From contig NC_134026.1 of assembly GCF_964204645.1 (NCBI RefSeq), forward strand, positions 11,865,950 to 11,929,949: 64,000 nucleotides of DNA, written 5' to 3'. Source of the stretch: Tubulanus polymorphus (lineage: Eukaryota; Animalia; Nemertea). How positions within the stretch are numbered: the stretch's first letter is position 1; the number at the start of each line of letters is the position of its first letter. Positions 27,461-40,373 of this stretch are shown piece by piece. Both the position numbers and the translations under genes were made by a program. The notes under the pieces were generated by a model. The model ran no database searches. It was not told the origin of the DNA and worked only from the letters and a program-made list of their open reading frames with translations.

Positions 27461-29483
27461 CACATTAACTGGTCTCTGCTTGTCAGTATGTACTACTGCA
27501 AAACTGTTTTTCTCTGAACTACTTTGAAATCGCTATTCACATCCAGCGATCAACATATTTCCGATCGTATTCCCTGGTAGTACCTGATGCCAGTGCAGTC
27601 GTCATGGATCGTATGCGAATATTGCTGCGGAAACGGACTATATTTTTAATGACGGGATTTTTAGTGTACTACCAAGCCGTCGTTCTACAAACAACGTCTA
27701 GGACGAAAGTGCTCATAGAAGGTTAATTTTCGTCCCTCATTTTGAGGGACGAGGCTTTGAGCGTCTATTTCACTCCTCAAAACACCATCAACTTACCTCT
27801 AACTGAATGTTCTGTAATCAGATAGAGTTAACTATTGTTTGCAATATTTGTAATCCTAAGTAGCTTTTGACGATCGTAGTAACTCAAAACTTTTGACTAG
27901 TCGCCTCAAAAAATAGTTGTAGTGAAGCGACATAACAAATATGGCGGCTTTTCGTGTTGCATGATCGGAGTGTAAATTACGGATTCGGACTTGAACTTGA
28001 ACTGACATTGATGCCACTGCTGATAATATGTCAAAGTCGAAACTTGGTGAAGCGCACAGCCAGTCTTAAGTTTTAATGAATAAATAGAGGCGAGTGCCCT
28101 TTCGGCAACTTATATAGAATTCTACATTGTAAAAAAACATAGGTTTCGCAGGGGCACCTGTGTTCGGTGTAGTCCGTGACCAAAGAAAATCACCCAAAAT
28201 GTCGAAGATCCATTTGAGCGAAGATTCGCCGTGATCAAATACATGTATAGAAAAGGAATTCATTTTTTGCGAAAAAAACATGCTTTGGGAGTGTTGATTA
28301 CAAATTGAAAGCCTTGTTTGTTTTATCTTTCATACGACAATAAATCCTTCTGTTTCGTCAGATATGTTCTTCGAACGGCTTTAACAGTATATGTTTTACA
28401 CAATAAATTTATTCCCGCAAGTTCTACATTGCAAAAAATGTAGGTTTTGCTGAAGAAAGACACCCGGTGGCGTGACCAAAGAAAGTCACCCAAAATACGA
28501 TAGACCTTCGAGTGAATAAAGGGACCCGTGATTAATTTTTTTTTTAAATCACCCAACATATGATAGACCTTCGAGCGAATGAAGGGACCCGTGATTAAAT
28601 TTAAAAAAAAATCATTTTCTGCGAAAAACAACGTGGGTTGGGAATGTTGATTTCATATTGAGAGCCATTGTTTTATCGATTACACGAAAATAAATAGTTT
28701 TATATGTTTTACACTAAAGATTTGTTCCTAAGTATTACAACGGGTTGCATGGGTTCGGAATTAATGGAACAACGGTATTCTAAGTACGGATTATAGCGTA
28801 TACGTATTTTACTCGAAACGGAAAAGGGAATAACGTTTGAAAAACGGGAGTAAAAAACACATAAAGATACGATATGTTAAAAAACGCACGGCATTTTACT
28901 CCTAGGGATTGGCAAAATTTTGAGTTGATTATTCAGTACTTGTGTGGAGCGGGATGGTCATTTTGTAACACGCGGACCGCGCGCGCGCGTTATTCTCCGG
29001 GACTCGACCCTTAGTGATGCTGTGAAACCGGCGCACTTGTTATTCTAAAAAATTCGACCCGTTGCTAAGGGACTGTGCTTTTTGTGGGATTCGAATGCAG
29101 TCTTCCAATCGGTTTCTACGGAGAAATACGAACTAAAAATTACATTTTTTGACAATATTTTGTGAATATTCTTTGTAAATATTCTGAAAATTACACAAAA
29201 TAATTTTGTTATCCTTCATTCAGCTATTTAAACTACCCGCGGGACGCGGCGAAAGTCCGACCGTGACCGTCATTTTCGTTGCCGCGATTTAGCCAATGCC
29301 CATGTGTCCCGGATGTAAACTACACTTTTTGAGAAGGACGGTATGGAGAAATATAGAAAATTTGAATTTGCCTCATACGCGCGATTAACTTAAGGAGCTT
29401 CCAGCTCGCGCCTTCGGTGCTCGCTATGCGCTTATTAATACGCGCAGATCGATAGAAAGAGGCACGTGAAGTAATTTTCAGAA

Positions 29484-29692
29484 GTCGACAATCGGCAATC
29501 GGCAATCAGAAACCTGATAGTCGACCATTTCTCGGGTCGGCAATCAGAAACCTGATAGTCGACCATTTTTCGGGTCGACAATCGGCAATCGGCAATCAGA
29601 AACCTGATAGTCGACCATTTTTCGGGTCGACAATCGGCAATCGGCAACCAGAAACCTGATAGTCGACCATTTCTAGATTCGACAATCGGCAA
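29484..29692. repeat. ~52-bp tandem repeat, about 4 units
   Basis: AATCGGCAATCGGCAATCAGAAACCTGATAGTCGACCATTTTTCGGGTCGAC units. Confidence 0.9.
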
Positions 29693-29697
29693 TAAGA

Positions 29698-29840
29698 TGA
29701 TATAGATGCTGTGATTTTGAGGGTGAAATAGATGCTGTGATTGTGAGGGTGATATAGATGCTGTGATTGTGAGGGTGATATAGAAGCGGTGATTGTGAGG
29801 GATAATAGATGCTGTGATTGTGAGGGTTCAATATAGATGC
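29698..29840. repeat. ~26-bp tandem repeat, about 5 units
   Basis: GATATAGATGCTGTGATTGTGAGGGT units. Confidence 0.9.
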
Positions 29841-31287
29841 ACAAAAACTTTACCCATTTCTGAAGTAAAGATAAACTGGTCTTTGGCTACCCGGGGTAGG
29901 TCGGTTTACCACATCTGCTCAAAAGATTACTATTTCGATTTAGATTGTATCAGGAATGTTTGATGGTTTAAACCACTTTGTAAAACCATAATGTAAAAAC
30001 CGACATTGGTAAAACTGAGACGGTTTTTTGCAAGATTGAAGAATTTGACCTGGTGTTAATTTAGAAATTAGCTCGATTTGAAAAGTAAAGGCAGACGAGA
30101 AAATTCCTACGAATTTTTTAATTACAGTACCAGAGAAAAAATGGAAGACGCGTTGAAACGCATGATCGCATAACTATTTTCTGCCAGAAAAAAATCGAAA
30201 AAATTATCAGCAGGAAAATTCAAATGTCAATATAAAAATTGATTTCTCTCGCGAAAAATATTTATTTGTTTTTTATTCGCCGGGAATGTATAGTACCGGG
30301 AATCTACGGCTCAAAAGTAATAGTCCACGAACCGAATTCCTTATTTGGTGAAAGAAGGGGCGGAGACTAACGTGTCAGCCGACCGCGATGTCGCCGCGGG
30401 CCGCCGTGCTGCCGTGAAATTTTAAGCAAATCGTACGACAACGCGACTCATCGCAGTTTTAGGGTCAATAAATTTGATAAATGATTACATATTTCAGCGC
30501 TGCGGCTGGGGTTGACTGTCGCACGCGCGCGCGAGAGCGTAATTCTCCGGGATTCGAACCTGCGATGGCTGCCGAACCGGGCCCCGGCGCGTGGTTTGTT
30601 TATTATGAATTCGCTCCCGTTGCTAAGGGAATTTCAGCTATTTTCGAACTCGTTCGATCAACGCGGTTCATTGTTAAACTATTCATCGACCCAATCTTGT
30701 TCGAAATTTCATGAAATAAATAAATTCTGAACTAACCCGATCCATAAATTGCCTTATTTTAGTTAATGGGCTGTAGCGTGACGTAATTCTACTTCCGATT
30801 TCCCCATGAACTTCAAACCGGACGTACTCTGACGTCATTTTTTTCTGACTTTGTCAGTAAGTCAGATTCGGTTAATAAGACACTTCATAGTATCCACATA
30901 TACGCGTTTACCAAAGGGACGTCCTCCGGGCGCCTGAGGCGCCCGTCAAATATGTAATAGATGAAATCTAAGTGGCGGACGCCGCCTCGTCACAGCTTGA
31001 TTAAATTTTTCATAGTAAGAAATCATAGCGATTCGAGAAAACAACCTCAAGTACCTCAAGTACGGGCTAACGAAAACACTCAAAATATTATCAGTGACAC
31101 TTAAATGTTAATGAATCTTGAAAGAGAATCAACTCCAATATTTCATATTGAAATTGTACTGTAGTTGGACCCAAAGCATTGAATTAATGAAGAAATTAAA
31201 TCAATTCTTAGTCAAAACTAAGAAAATTCTAGAAACTCTAGAAAATTAATGCCAGAGTTGGGAGGAAAGAAGATGAAACTGTAACTC

Positions 31288-31346
31288 TTGATTCATTTCT
31301 GAAATTTTGGCTTATATTATAAGCCCAAATTTCAGAAATGAATCAA
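31288..31346. repeat. Near-perfect 28-bp-arm palindrome
   Basis: TTGATTCATTTCTGAAATTTTGGCTTAT-ATT-ATAAGCCCAAATTTCAGAAATGAATCAA. Confidence 0.9.
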
Positions 31347-31917
31347 ACCTCATAATTTTCTAATCTTATATTATGAGATCAAATATAATTTGATTGTTTA
31401 ATTTTTGCGAGAAAAAAACTTGAAAAATTTCTCATAAATTAGGTCTCGGTACCACTGTCTGCTAAAAAGATTATTCTTTCGATTTAGATAAAGTGTCATT
31501 TTTTTAATGGTTTAAAACTCTTTGTGAAACCGTAACCAATGACATTTCTATGGTGGAAACTGAGAGGGGTTTTTGCAATATTGAAGAATTTTGACCTGGT
31601 AGTTAATTTAGAAATTAGCTCCAAATTTGGAAATAAAAGGAAGACGAGAAGATTACAACGCATTTCTTAATTACCTTCAAAGAGAAAAATATCGAATACG
31701 CGTTGAAACGCACAAATCGGAAAATTATTTTCTGCTAGAAAAAAAATCGAATTAGCAGGATATGCGAATGTCAGTACAAAAATTGATTTCTCAAAATTAT
31801 ACATTTCTTTCTCATCCTCCGGGAATACGGTTCAAAATAAGCAGTGCACGCGGCCAGCGGTACCGAATTCCTTATTTGGTGAATAAGGGGCGGAGACTTA
31901 TGTTTTGCCGACCGCGA

Positions 31918-31920
<3 letters not shown>

Positions 31921-31986
<66 letters not shown>
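31921..31986. repeat. (TGC)22 microsatellite
   Basis: Perfect trinucleotide run. Confidence 0.98.
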
Positions 31987-31988
<2 letters not shown>

Positions 31989-33147
31989 GAGAGCGAGACT
32001 ACGCCGTGCCGATCCGCCGCCGCGCTGGCCGAGAAATTTTACGACTCTAACGCGACTCTTTCCGCAGTTTTTAGGGTCATTACTTTTGATTGAAAAAGCG
32101 TATTTCAGTGCTGCGGCTGGGAATGACTGCTGCGCGCGCGAGAGCGTAATTCTCCGGGATTCGAACCTGCGCGCCGAACCGTGTGGAACCGACTGGGCCG
32201 CGGCCGCGGTTTTATTATGAATTCGCTCCTGTTGCTAAGGGAATTTCAGCTATTCAACTCGATCGATCAATGCGGTTCATTTTTAAACTATTCATCGACC
32301 CAATCTTGTTCGAAATTTCATGAAATAAATACATTCTGAAATAACCCGATCCATAAGTTACCGTATTTTAGTTAGTGGAATGCCGGATTTTAGCGTGACG
32401 TAATTCTACTTCCGATTTCCCCATGAACTTCAAACCGGACGTCAAGTGACGTAATTTTTTTCTGACTTCGTCAGCTAGTCAGATTCGGTTAAGTAGACAC
32501 TTCGTAGTATTCACATATACGCGTTTACCAAAGGGACGTCCTCCGCTTCAGATTTGCAGTGATGTAAACATACTCAGAAACTATAGTGAAAACTCTACTC
32601 ACTGACACGCTATAGTTTTGGGTATAGTTCTATAGTGACTCAGTTAAGATCTGAAGATATTGAAGATACTCTTTGAGGATGTGAAATGTAATGAGCGATT
32701 CCCAACTCTAACCAATTAAAGTCGAGATTGGAGTTAAATTTGTTTACAAATTGTCAATAGTTATGTAGTTTTAAGATAAATCGAAATTTCCTTCTTTTCA
32801 TGGTGATATAATTCAATTAAGAATTCAATTCTAACAAATGCAGCTATTTCAAAGCATAGGTCTGCATTTATTTTTGATTTAAATTCTTGAATTAAAAGCG
32901 CAATCATACATTCAGGCTAACCTTTCTTTAACAAATCCATGTGGATTTTAAACATTCTAAAGAAATCATCTAAAATGAGCCCATATTTGATCGAATTTAA
33001 AAGCAATAGAAACTTTAATTGGTATTCAAGATTTCATTTGGATTACAGTAACGTAAAGTAAGTAAATTCACTCAATCTATCAACTCAGCAGGTGCTTAAG
33101 ATGAGTTCTTAATAGGACAGATCCATTTTTTAAGCATGGTGATAATA

Positions 33148-33908
33148 TCCATGTCTATGACGGATCATGTATCATCTGTCATAAAATCCTGTTATTTCCA
33201 TATGAGAAACATTGGTCGTATTCGTAAGTATCTAACTAGGGATTCTACCAAGTCAATTATTCATGCTTTGGTTACATCTAGGCTAGACTATTGTAATTCT
33301 TTGTTATCTAATATCCCGGCGACACAGATTTACAGATTACAAAAGGTACAAAATGTAGCAGCTAGAATAGTTACCCTCACTAAACGAAGTGAACACATTT
33401 CTCCTGTTTTAGCAGACCTTTATTGGCTGCCAGTCCGCTTTAGAATAGATTTTAAAATCTGTGTTTTGATATTTTCTATCCTTAAAAATGAGGCTCCTCA
33501 TTATCTCTGTTACATGATTAGTTTTTATAGACCATCGCGAAATCTTAGATCTGTTAATTTTAATTCACTTTTTATTCCACGTACGTTTAGCCAATTTGGT
33601 GACAAGTCTTTTAGAGTCTATGGCCCAAAAACTTGGAATGCCTTGCCTAGTCATCTTAAATGCAGTAAGTCTATTGAGTGTTTTAAAAAGAATTTAAAAG
33701 CACATTATTTTAGAATTGCCTTCAATTGAAATTGTCTTACTGAATGTTCACTGTTTTTAAATTCAATATTGTTATGTTTTTATCACCATATTTTATTGTA
33801 CATCGTATTTCTTTATTTGTAAGTGCTCTGGAGCAGTTTCATTAATCTGGACAGGGCACTAAAACATGTATAATAATAATAATATTAATAGTAATAATAA
33901 TAATAATA
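33148..33908 (+). mobile_element. 5'-truncated L2-clade LINE (ORF2 C-terminus, 3' stem-loop, (TAA)n tail)
   Basis: SRLDYCNSLL..LQKVQNVAARIV..HISPVLADLYWLPV; stem AGTGCTCTG..CAGGGCACT; ATAATA on both flanks. Confidence 0.92.
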
Positions 33909-35004
33909 CAGTATCATGATGTTTGAATGCCAAAATAAATGCCTGGTCAAATAAATTCATATTTGTTGATCGTACGTCCGCGGTTCGGTTTCAAAGCTGA
34001 ATCATATTTGACGTTTACACAGTGGTTGCATATTAGGTTCGAATGTGTCAATGCATTTTTAGGGTTTTCTGTTGCTTCACAGAAAACCCTATTGAAATTC
34101 GAGTGATTATTATTATTTTTTTTCCCCTTTTCCACATAGTTTTTGTTAACAGTGTAAAGGCTTCCTTACCTTACCGCTGTCGCCGATACAATCCGTATGA
34201 TATCCTTCAGCTCACTTCAATCTCCAGATACTGCATGGGAATTTTGATAAATCCGCGTTATAAAGGCACTGTCGAGCCGTAAACATCGAAAATTTGGCCC
34301 CGTTCAATTAGTAGCCATGTTGTGTTTTCTTTCCGAAATTTCTCTCTTCTTTATGAGGAAGAGCTATCGAATTATTCCCTCTCTTCTCCACAATCAATTT
34401 CAAAGTCAATTTTATGAATTTATTGCTCAGCGGGTCCGAGTCCAAGAGTTTACGAGTCCGGCGTTCGCGTGTCTGACAGGTTTACGGGCATTTGTTTGTT
34501 ACCACTTTAGTATTTTTGATTTCTTGTTATTCCGGTTATTTCATTTAAGTATATTGCTGATCAGTTCATGTAACCAAAAGCGTCAATAAACAGATTTTGA
34601 ATTGATCAAGTTTAAATCAAGGTCGTTGAATCGTGGAGGGCTGCTAGAATTACGTTCGTCTCAGCAGAGAGAGAGAAAACAAATGACAGAAAAGTATCAG
34701 GTGATTATCGATAGCCTACTACGGTACACACAGTTGACAAACAGTTGTTAGGCCTGTGCCGGTTGGTGTGTACTGGGAATAAATATACTGGTTGGTCAGT
34801 TGGTTCGGTTGTGAAGTGTGGAAGCTAAGAAAGCCTACCGCAGTACGGGTATTTATTTGTCTATAGTATAGGCCTATTATATAGTTGCCAATACCAGTAA
34901 GTACGTAGTTGTTACTCGTACGTGACTGTATGGTGATCTCCACAGGTTAACCGTACGTGAGTTCCCTACTAACGCCGTACGTGAGTTCCTCTAGTAGCCA
35001 ATAC

Positions 35005-35216
35005 GGTAAAAGTGCAGCTCCGCACCTCTCCGCGTAAACGGTTCAATCAATTACGTTAAATATCATTGTTTCGTTTCAAAATGTCATCAGCAATTCAGTA
35101 CGTTGCCATTGGTTAATTTTAAGATATCTTCACTAGAGAGTAGAAAGATTTTAGCCAGGATTCTGTCATTCAGCAGATTGCGTCAATCACGAGAGGTGCG
35201 GATCTGCACTTTTACC
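35005..35216. mobile_element. Small MITE, Merlin-like
   Basis: TIR GGTAAAAGTGCAG.TCCGCACCTCTC; flanks GCCAATAC and GCCAATTAC suggest an 8-9 bp TSD. Confidence 0.65.
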
Positions 35217-35785
35217 GCCAATTACCATTTTTTAAGTACGAAGTTGTTACCCGTACGTGCCAGTGACTGTACGGTGATATCCACAGGTTAACCGTACGTG
35301 AGTTCCCTAAAAAGGCCGTAAGTGAGTTCCTATAATCTGCAAACGTGCATGCGTGAAAGAATAGAGTTTGGGTTAGGTGAGGCTAGGCTATTTGTAAATC
35401 AAATTTCATCCGCCCTGCAGTTACGTTCTGTGGCACAGTGGGTAAATCACTGGGCAGCAACTGGATTTTTTTTTCGTTTGGTTTCGAATCCCAATATTGC
35501 AAGTCTGAGCGTCAACATACTCACATACGGCTAACCTGTAGAAATCAGCGTACAGTCACGTACAGGTAACAACAGCGTTTTAAGTACCGGGTATTAAGTG
35601 AGTACGACAAGCCTACCATGCCTATGTACTACAAACACAACTTTTTCCTCTCGTCGGCGGTCATCCTCCTACAATGATGTTACTATAACTGATGCAATTT
35701 TAACATGGATAGGATTTGGCCAGGACTAATCTAAAGTCTATTCAGTCTATGTACTAATTCACTCGATAGGCCTATTTTTAAAACA

Positions 35786-35947
35786 GGAATATTCATTTAT
35801 TACGTACGCATAAAATTTGATTATTTCAACCCCCTCCCCCTCTGTACGCAAAATCTGCCATTTTTTCATGTACATTAAGCATTACAGTACGTAATTGCCC
35901 TGACCCCTCCCCCTCCCCAAATGCGTACGTAATAAATGAATGATCCC
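35786..35947. mobile_element. Small MITE
   Basis: TIR ATTCATTTATTACGTACGCA / TGCGTACGTAATAAATGAAT. Confidence 0.65.
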
Positions 35948-36784
35948 ACAATACAGTGAAGTATTCACACGCAGAAAGGCTAATTGATTTGAGCCATGTG
36001 ATTAAATTTGGCCAGGCCTTCTCTGACCTGCTGACATTACTAGTCAATGTGGTCACGGCTTGTATACCAGAAATCATTATAGGCCTGTACATTTTGCTGT
36101 TCGTAGGTTTGGTATACCGATTTCTCCATTCTTGACTGATAAGTGTACGGTACAGCTGTAGGCATTATACAATTGTTCCAATGGGAATAGGGCCTATTGA
36201 TTGGGCTTATTATTTCCTGCTTTAGAATACTGAAATAAACCTAATGTTCATTCAAATATCCAACATCGGTGAAAGTTTGATTACTGTATACATGTACTGT
36301 AGGTTTTCATGTTGTTTGAATATTTTGCAGTTCAAATGGGTATGATGCTGATTCCAATGTCAAACGCATGAAGTTAGATGGTCAAGGACCGTCAACACCA
36401 AGATATCTCTCTTCGACCGATGTTGTACCATAGAAGATCTGATTCTTTTAACTCAAGGAAAGTGATTCAACACGATCGACATAACACTGGAATAGGTTTG
36501 CAGTAACTAACGGTTCATTTCATTTAGTCCTATGCACTTTTTAGCCAATTTGGATTTGATTGTAATTGAAACTCTGGAACTGTTAACAAAAGACAAGTAA
36601 GACAAGTTGAAAAAAACACAAGTTATGCTTGATTCTCATGTTCAAATTTAATTCAAATTTATTTTATTACATCATATTTACAAAGCATATCATTGGTTCA
36701 TACAATAATAAAAATTAGGGCAGAGCAAATATTATTACAGAAACTCCAAAAAGGCAATGAATTTCTATAACTAAATGAACATTA

Positions 36785-37251
36785 TTTTTAGCCCACTTGG
36801 GACTTTAGTCCCAGCGGGCTATTGCGTTCACTTTTCGTCCGTCGTCAATCCGTCATCAGAAATCAGTTATTTCAGGAAGTTTTGAAGACGCTTCAATGTA
36901 ATGTCTTGATATTTGGGTTACACATGTATCTACCCTAGACACATCTCCAGCCCAAAAACTGGCTGTCAGAATCAAGATGGCCGACTGGCAGCCATTGTTA
37001 TTCACCAAAATCAACACTTTTTACACATTTTTGAACTTTTTGAGGGAAATTTTGAAGCTGCTTTGATCAATTACCTTGATCTTTCGGATATATGTGAATG
37101 CCCCCTGGGCCCATCAGCATAACAAAAATTGGGATACGGACTCAAGATGGCCGTCCTATGACCTTTTTTAGTGTCCAAAAATGTCAATTTCAGATTGTTG
37201 AGCATTTGGAACCACTTCCCAAGTGGGCATGGTGTCCCTGGACCCCTAGTT
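36785..37251 (+). mobile_element. HINE family A (DINE-1-like)
   Basis: TTTTTA-GCCCACTTGGGA 5' subTIR and hairpin, CGTC microrepeat, 3' TCCCAAGTGGGC plus GGTGTCC-CT-GGACCCC-TAGTT. Homologous fragments at 40380-40660 and 52685-53838. Confidence 0.8.
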
Positions 37252-38123
37252 CTAATAACTCAGATCTAGAGTGACTCTCCCGTTTATTACGAAACACACG
37301 CAACTTGTGGAATAGGTTTGATTTACACACATGTTGCAGGTATCAATTGTTTAACACTATAGAATTTGTAATCCATAAAAGCCAAAATCAACATCAGCCG
37401 GAAACCCAGACCAAATCAATTCATAATTTATTGATTGAATCTACACTACAATATATGTATTTATTCAAATATTCAATAAAAACATTAACTTCTTAAATCT
37501 ATTCTAAATCATAATACGTTCTTATCTGTGAATTAACTCAATCTATCGGCTCAGCAGGTGCTTAAGATGAGTTCTTAATAGGACAGATCCATTTTTAAGG
37601 ATGGTGATAATACAGTATCATGATGTTTGAATGCCAAAATAAATGCCTGGTCAAATATATTAATATTTGTGATTGTACGTCCGCGTATGTTCAGTTTCAA
37701 AGCTGAATCATATTTGACGTTTACACAGTGGTTGCATATTAGGTTCGAATCTGTCAATGCATTTTATTCTATGTATCGATATTTCAATTTACTACAATTC
37801 CCATCATTCCGAATGGCTTTACAGAAAACCCGTCATCGCTGCTTTGCAGCTATATTATTCTATCGGTATTTCAATTTACTACAATTCCCATCATTCTGAA
37901 TTGCTTTGCAGAAAACCCGTCATCGCTGCTTGGCAGCTATATTTTACATATTCAATCTTACCAAAATTACGCCATACCGATAAACCGAAGTATCGACTTA
38001 CCGACAAACTATTATATGGTACTACGAATGCTTAGCCATGGTTGTAGACATAATATCATCGTCTAGTTCACGACAAAATAGCTTTCTCATTAGAAAGATG
38101 ACGTTTTGATTATTTTCTTACAG

Positions 38124-38347
38124 GAAAACGCATATATATCATCGGTGGTTATTCTACCGATGCGAGTTGTTCAGTTGAAAACAGCGTTGACAGTTACAAC
38201 ATCAATAAAAGACAATGGAAACACGAATTTACAATTAATGGTCAGGATTACAGGGAAGTTGACTGTTGTCTGATTGAGGTTCCGATTACGAACGGAGAGT
38301 CTGTAAATGACAAAAGTACTGGTACTGGAAGATGGGTTATGTGGTGA
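38124..38347 (+). CDS. Kelch-repeat protein terminal exon 7
   Basis: ttttcttacag| acceptor in phase with exon 6. GKRIYIIGGYSTDASCSVENSVDSYNINKRQWKHEF..GRWVMW then TGA at 38345-38347. Confidence 0.9.
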
Positions 38348-39562
38348 ATATGTAAGATAAAGAAAACTCATTGTTGAATGTTGAAGAATGTACTACGTAT
38401 GAAAAGCTTTTGTATGAGATATTTGAATTTCAAATTATTTGGTGATCGTAGGGCCGAATTCAGAAGTGCGCTATCGTGTACACACCGCACACACCTACTT
38501 TCATAGTTATTCGATACAGGTAAGATTAGATCATTAAACTTAATTGAATCAATCCCGTATTAATTAGGTGATTAAACTTGATTAATTTTGATTTAATTTT
38601 GAATGATTAGGTGACTACCAAAACTATAGCTCATGAAATACAGGCCTATTAATCCTTCGTAGCTCAGGAAAAGGCGTAGGTTTTGATACCGGTGTCCAGT
38701 GGTCTTGTCTACAGAGAAGGGGTCGGTCACGTGATCAGTTTCTACGTGAAATAGAAACGGCAAATACGGCCAACTGAATACTGGTGACAATGATCGACTT
38801 AACCAGGCTCTAAAGCTAGAGTGATTAGCATCGAAGCATGTGTCTTATGGTCAAAGTTAAATTCTAAGGAGCCTGGTTAAATCACACGAAATACATTTAA
38901 TTGTAACTAGTCTTAACACCAGCCGTTGTTACGGTCGCCCTACAACATCTGACACCAAACTGTCGCATAGCGATTAAATCCTGAATCTTTCAGTAATGTA
39001 TCCACTGATTTTTCTCTTCAATTGAAGCTGTTTTATCAAATAAAATAAATAATTACTTTGATGACTTCGTCTTGAATGGTTTTGATGATTTTGGCATTGG
39101 TTTGAATTTAATCTTTTGGGTGGACAAGCCAACAGGATGGATGGACACGGACTCAAATTCAATGCAATTATTATTGACTTATTTATTTGTATTGCTAGAA
39201 AATACCGATACAAGTATTTTTTCAACAAATTGATTTACAAATAAATATTTAGTCATTACCTTCACAAAAATGAACATGTATGGAGTAGAATAACGGGTCG
39301 AAGTCGATGATGAATAATGAATTATTAGATAAGCTAATCTGACTAATAACTAAATTGGTATAAGTTTTTAAGTAATCCTATTTCTATTTCACATATTCGA
39401 TATAAATAAACATTTTATGGCGTGAGATTTAAGAGCATAGCCCGCGCACATTTATCACAACTTGTAGTCGCAAGAACACAATAAAACAACATGCCATTTC
39501 TAGCCCGCTTAAGACGCTTTAATGGATTGTCTTGACCTTTGGTTTAAACATGTATCTACGTA

Positions 39563-40373
39563 CGGTGTTGTCATATCGCGGAATTTTCCAAAACACGGAA
39601 ATTCTTCATTTTTACTATAGATAGTAACCGTGTTTTTCCACGGGATATCCCTTGTTGGACAATGCACCGGAAGCATGTTTTCACTACCGGTACCTGGTAG
39701 GCCTAAGCGATAATCTATTACATCGTCACTCAATAAATCAACGATACTACCGAACGGGAAAATGGAGAATCTACGTAGGCAATTGATACACGTCATGCAT
39801 ATTCTTACTTTGGATTTTTAATGCGTCTCGTGCATCTAAATTGTGATTTATGCGAGTGTGGTGAGAAGAGTTAATAAAAATTGAATGATATTAAAGATTA
39901 TATATAAAATGGTATCTTTTTTTAACTCCGTTATTTGGGAAGAGAAAGCTATTACTTAGTTGCTTCTCCGTGTTGATTCCTTTGGACTAGAAAACGTATT
40001 ATCGGCACTAGACGGCGGTTTCTGTCAAAATAATTATTAAGGAACCGCGGTCCATGTTTGGTCGTAGCACATTTCACGTTTGCAGCCATCTTAAACTACA
40101 TACGGCCCAACCTAGAGCGACCGTGCTCAAAAAAGTCGATTACTTCGATAACCGGTGTTGCCCTGGTGCCGATCTCATTGTCCGACTACGTTCTGACTGC
40201 AGCAGGATACTGGCAGCCAGTGAACGGTCTCATAAAAGAATGTCAGATAAAATTGCGATTCGACACCGGGTTTCCCCGCGGGAAAACCCGGTTACTATTT
40301 ATAATGATAGTGAAAAAATTCCGTATTTTAAAAAAATTCCTCGATTCCGTCATTCCGCGATATGACAACACCG
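39563..40373. mobile_element. Mutator-like (MULE) non-autonomous element
   Basis: TIR CGGTGTTGTCATATCGCGGAAT (imperfect over ~90 bp); perfect 9-bp TSD ATCTACGTA at 39554-39562 and 40374-40382. Confidence 0.85.

Larger units (their letters stand above)
29900..32545 (+). repeat. Two direct copies of a ~1-kb repeat (29900-30950 and 31445-32545), possibly Helitron-like
   Basis: Collinear similarity ending at TACGCGTTTACCAAAGGGACGTCCTCCG. Copy 1 ends in hairpin GGGCGCC-TGA-GGCGCCC. Related fragment near 28970-29080. Confidence 0.75.
34058..37856 (+). mobile_element. HINE family B, nested in an older copy of the same family whose 3' end is at 37943
   Basis: 5' hairpin TAGGGTTTTCTGT..ACAGAAAACCCTA plus (ATT)n; 3' subTIR CAGAAAACCC plus stem-loop GCTGC-TTT-GCAGC plus TATATT; inserted in a T-run. 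Confidence 0.75.

Noticed and set aside
31762-32220. Poly-Cys / poly-Leu ORFs
   Set aside because: Translation of the (TGC)22 microsatellite within a dispersed repeat.
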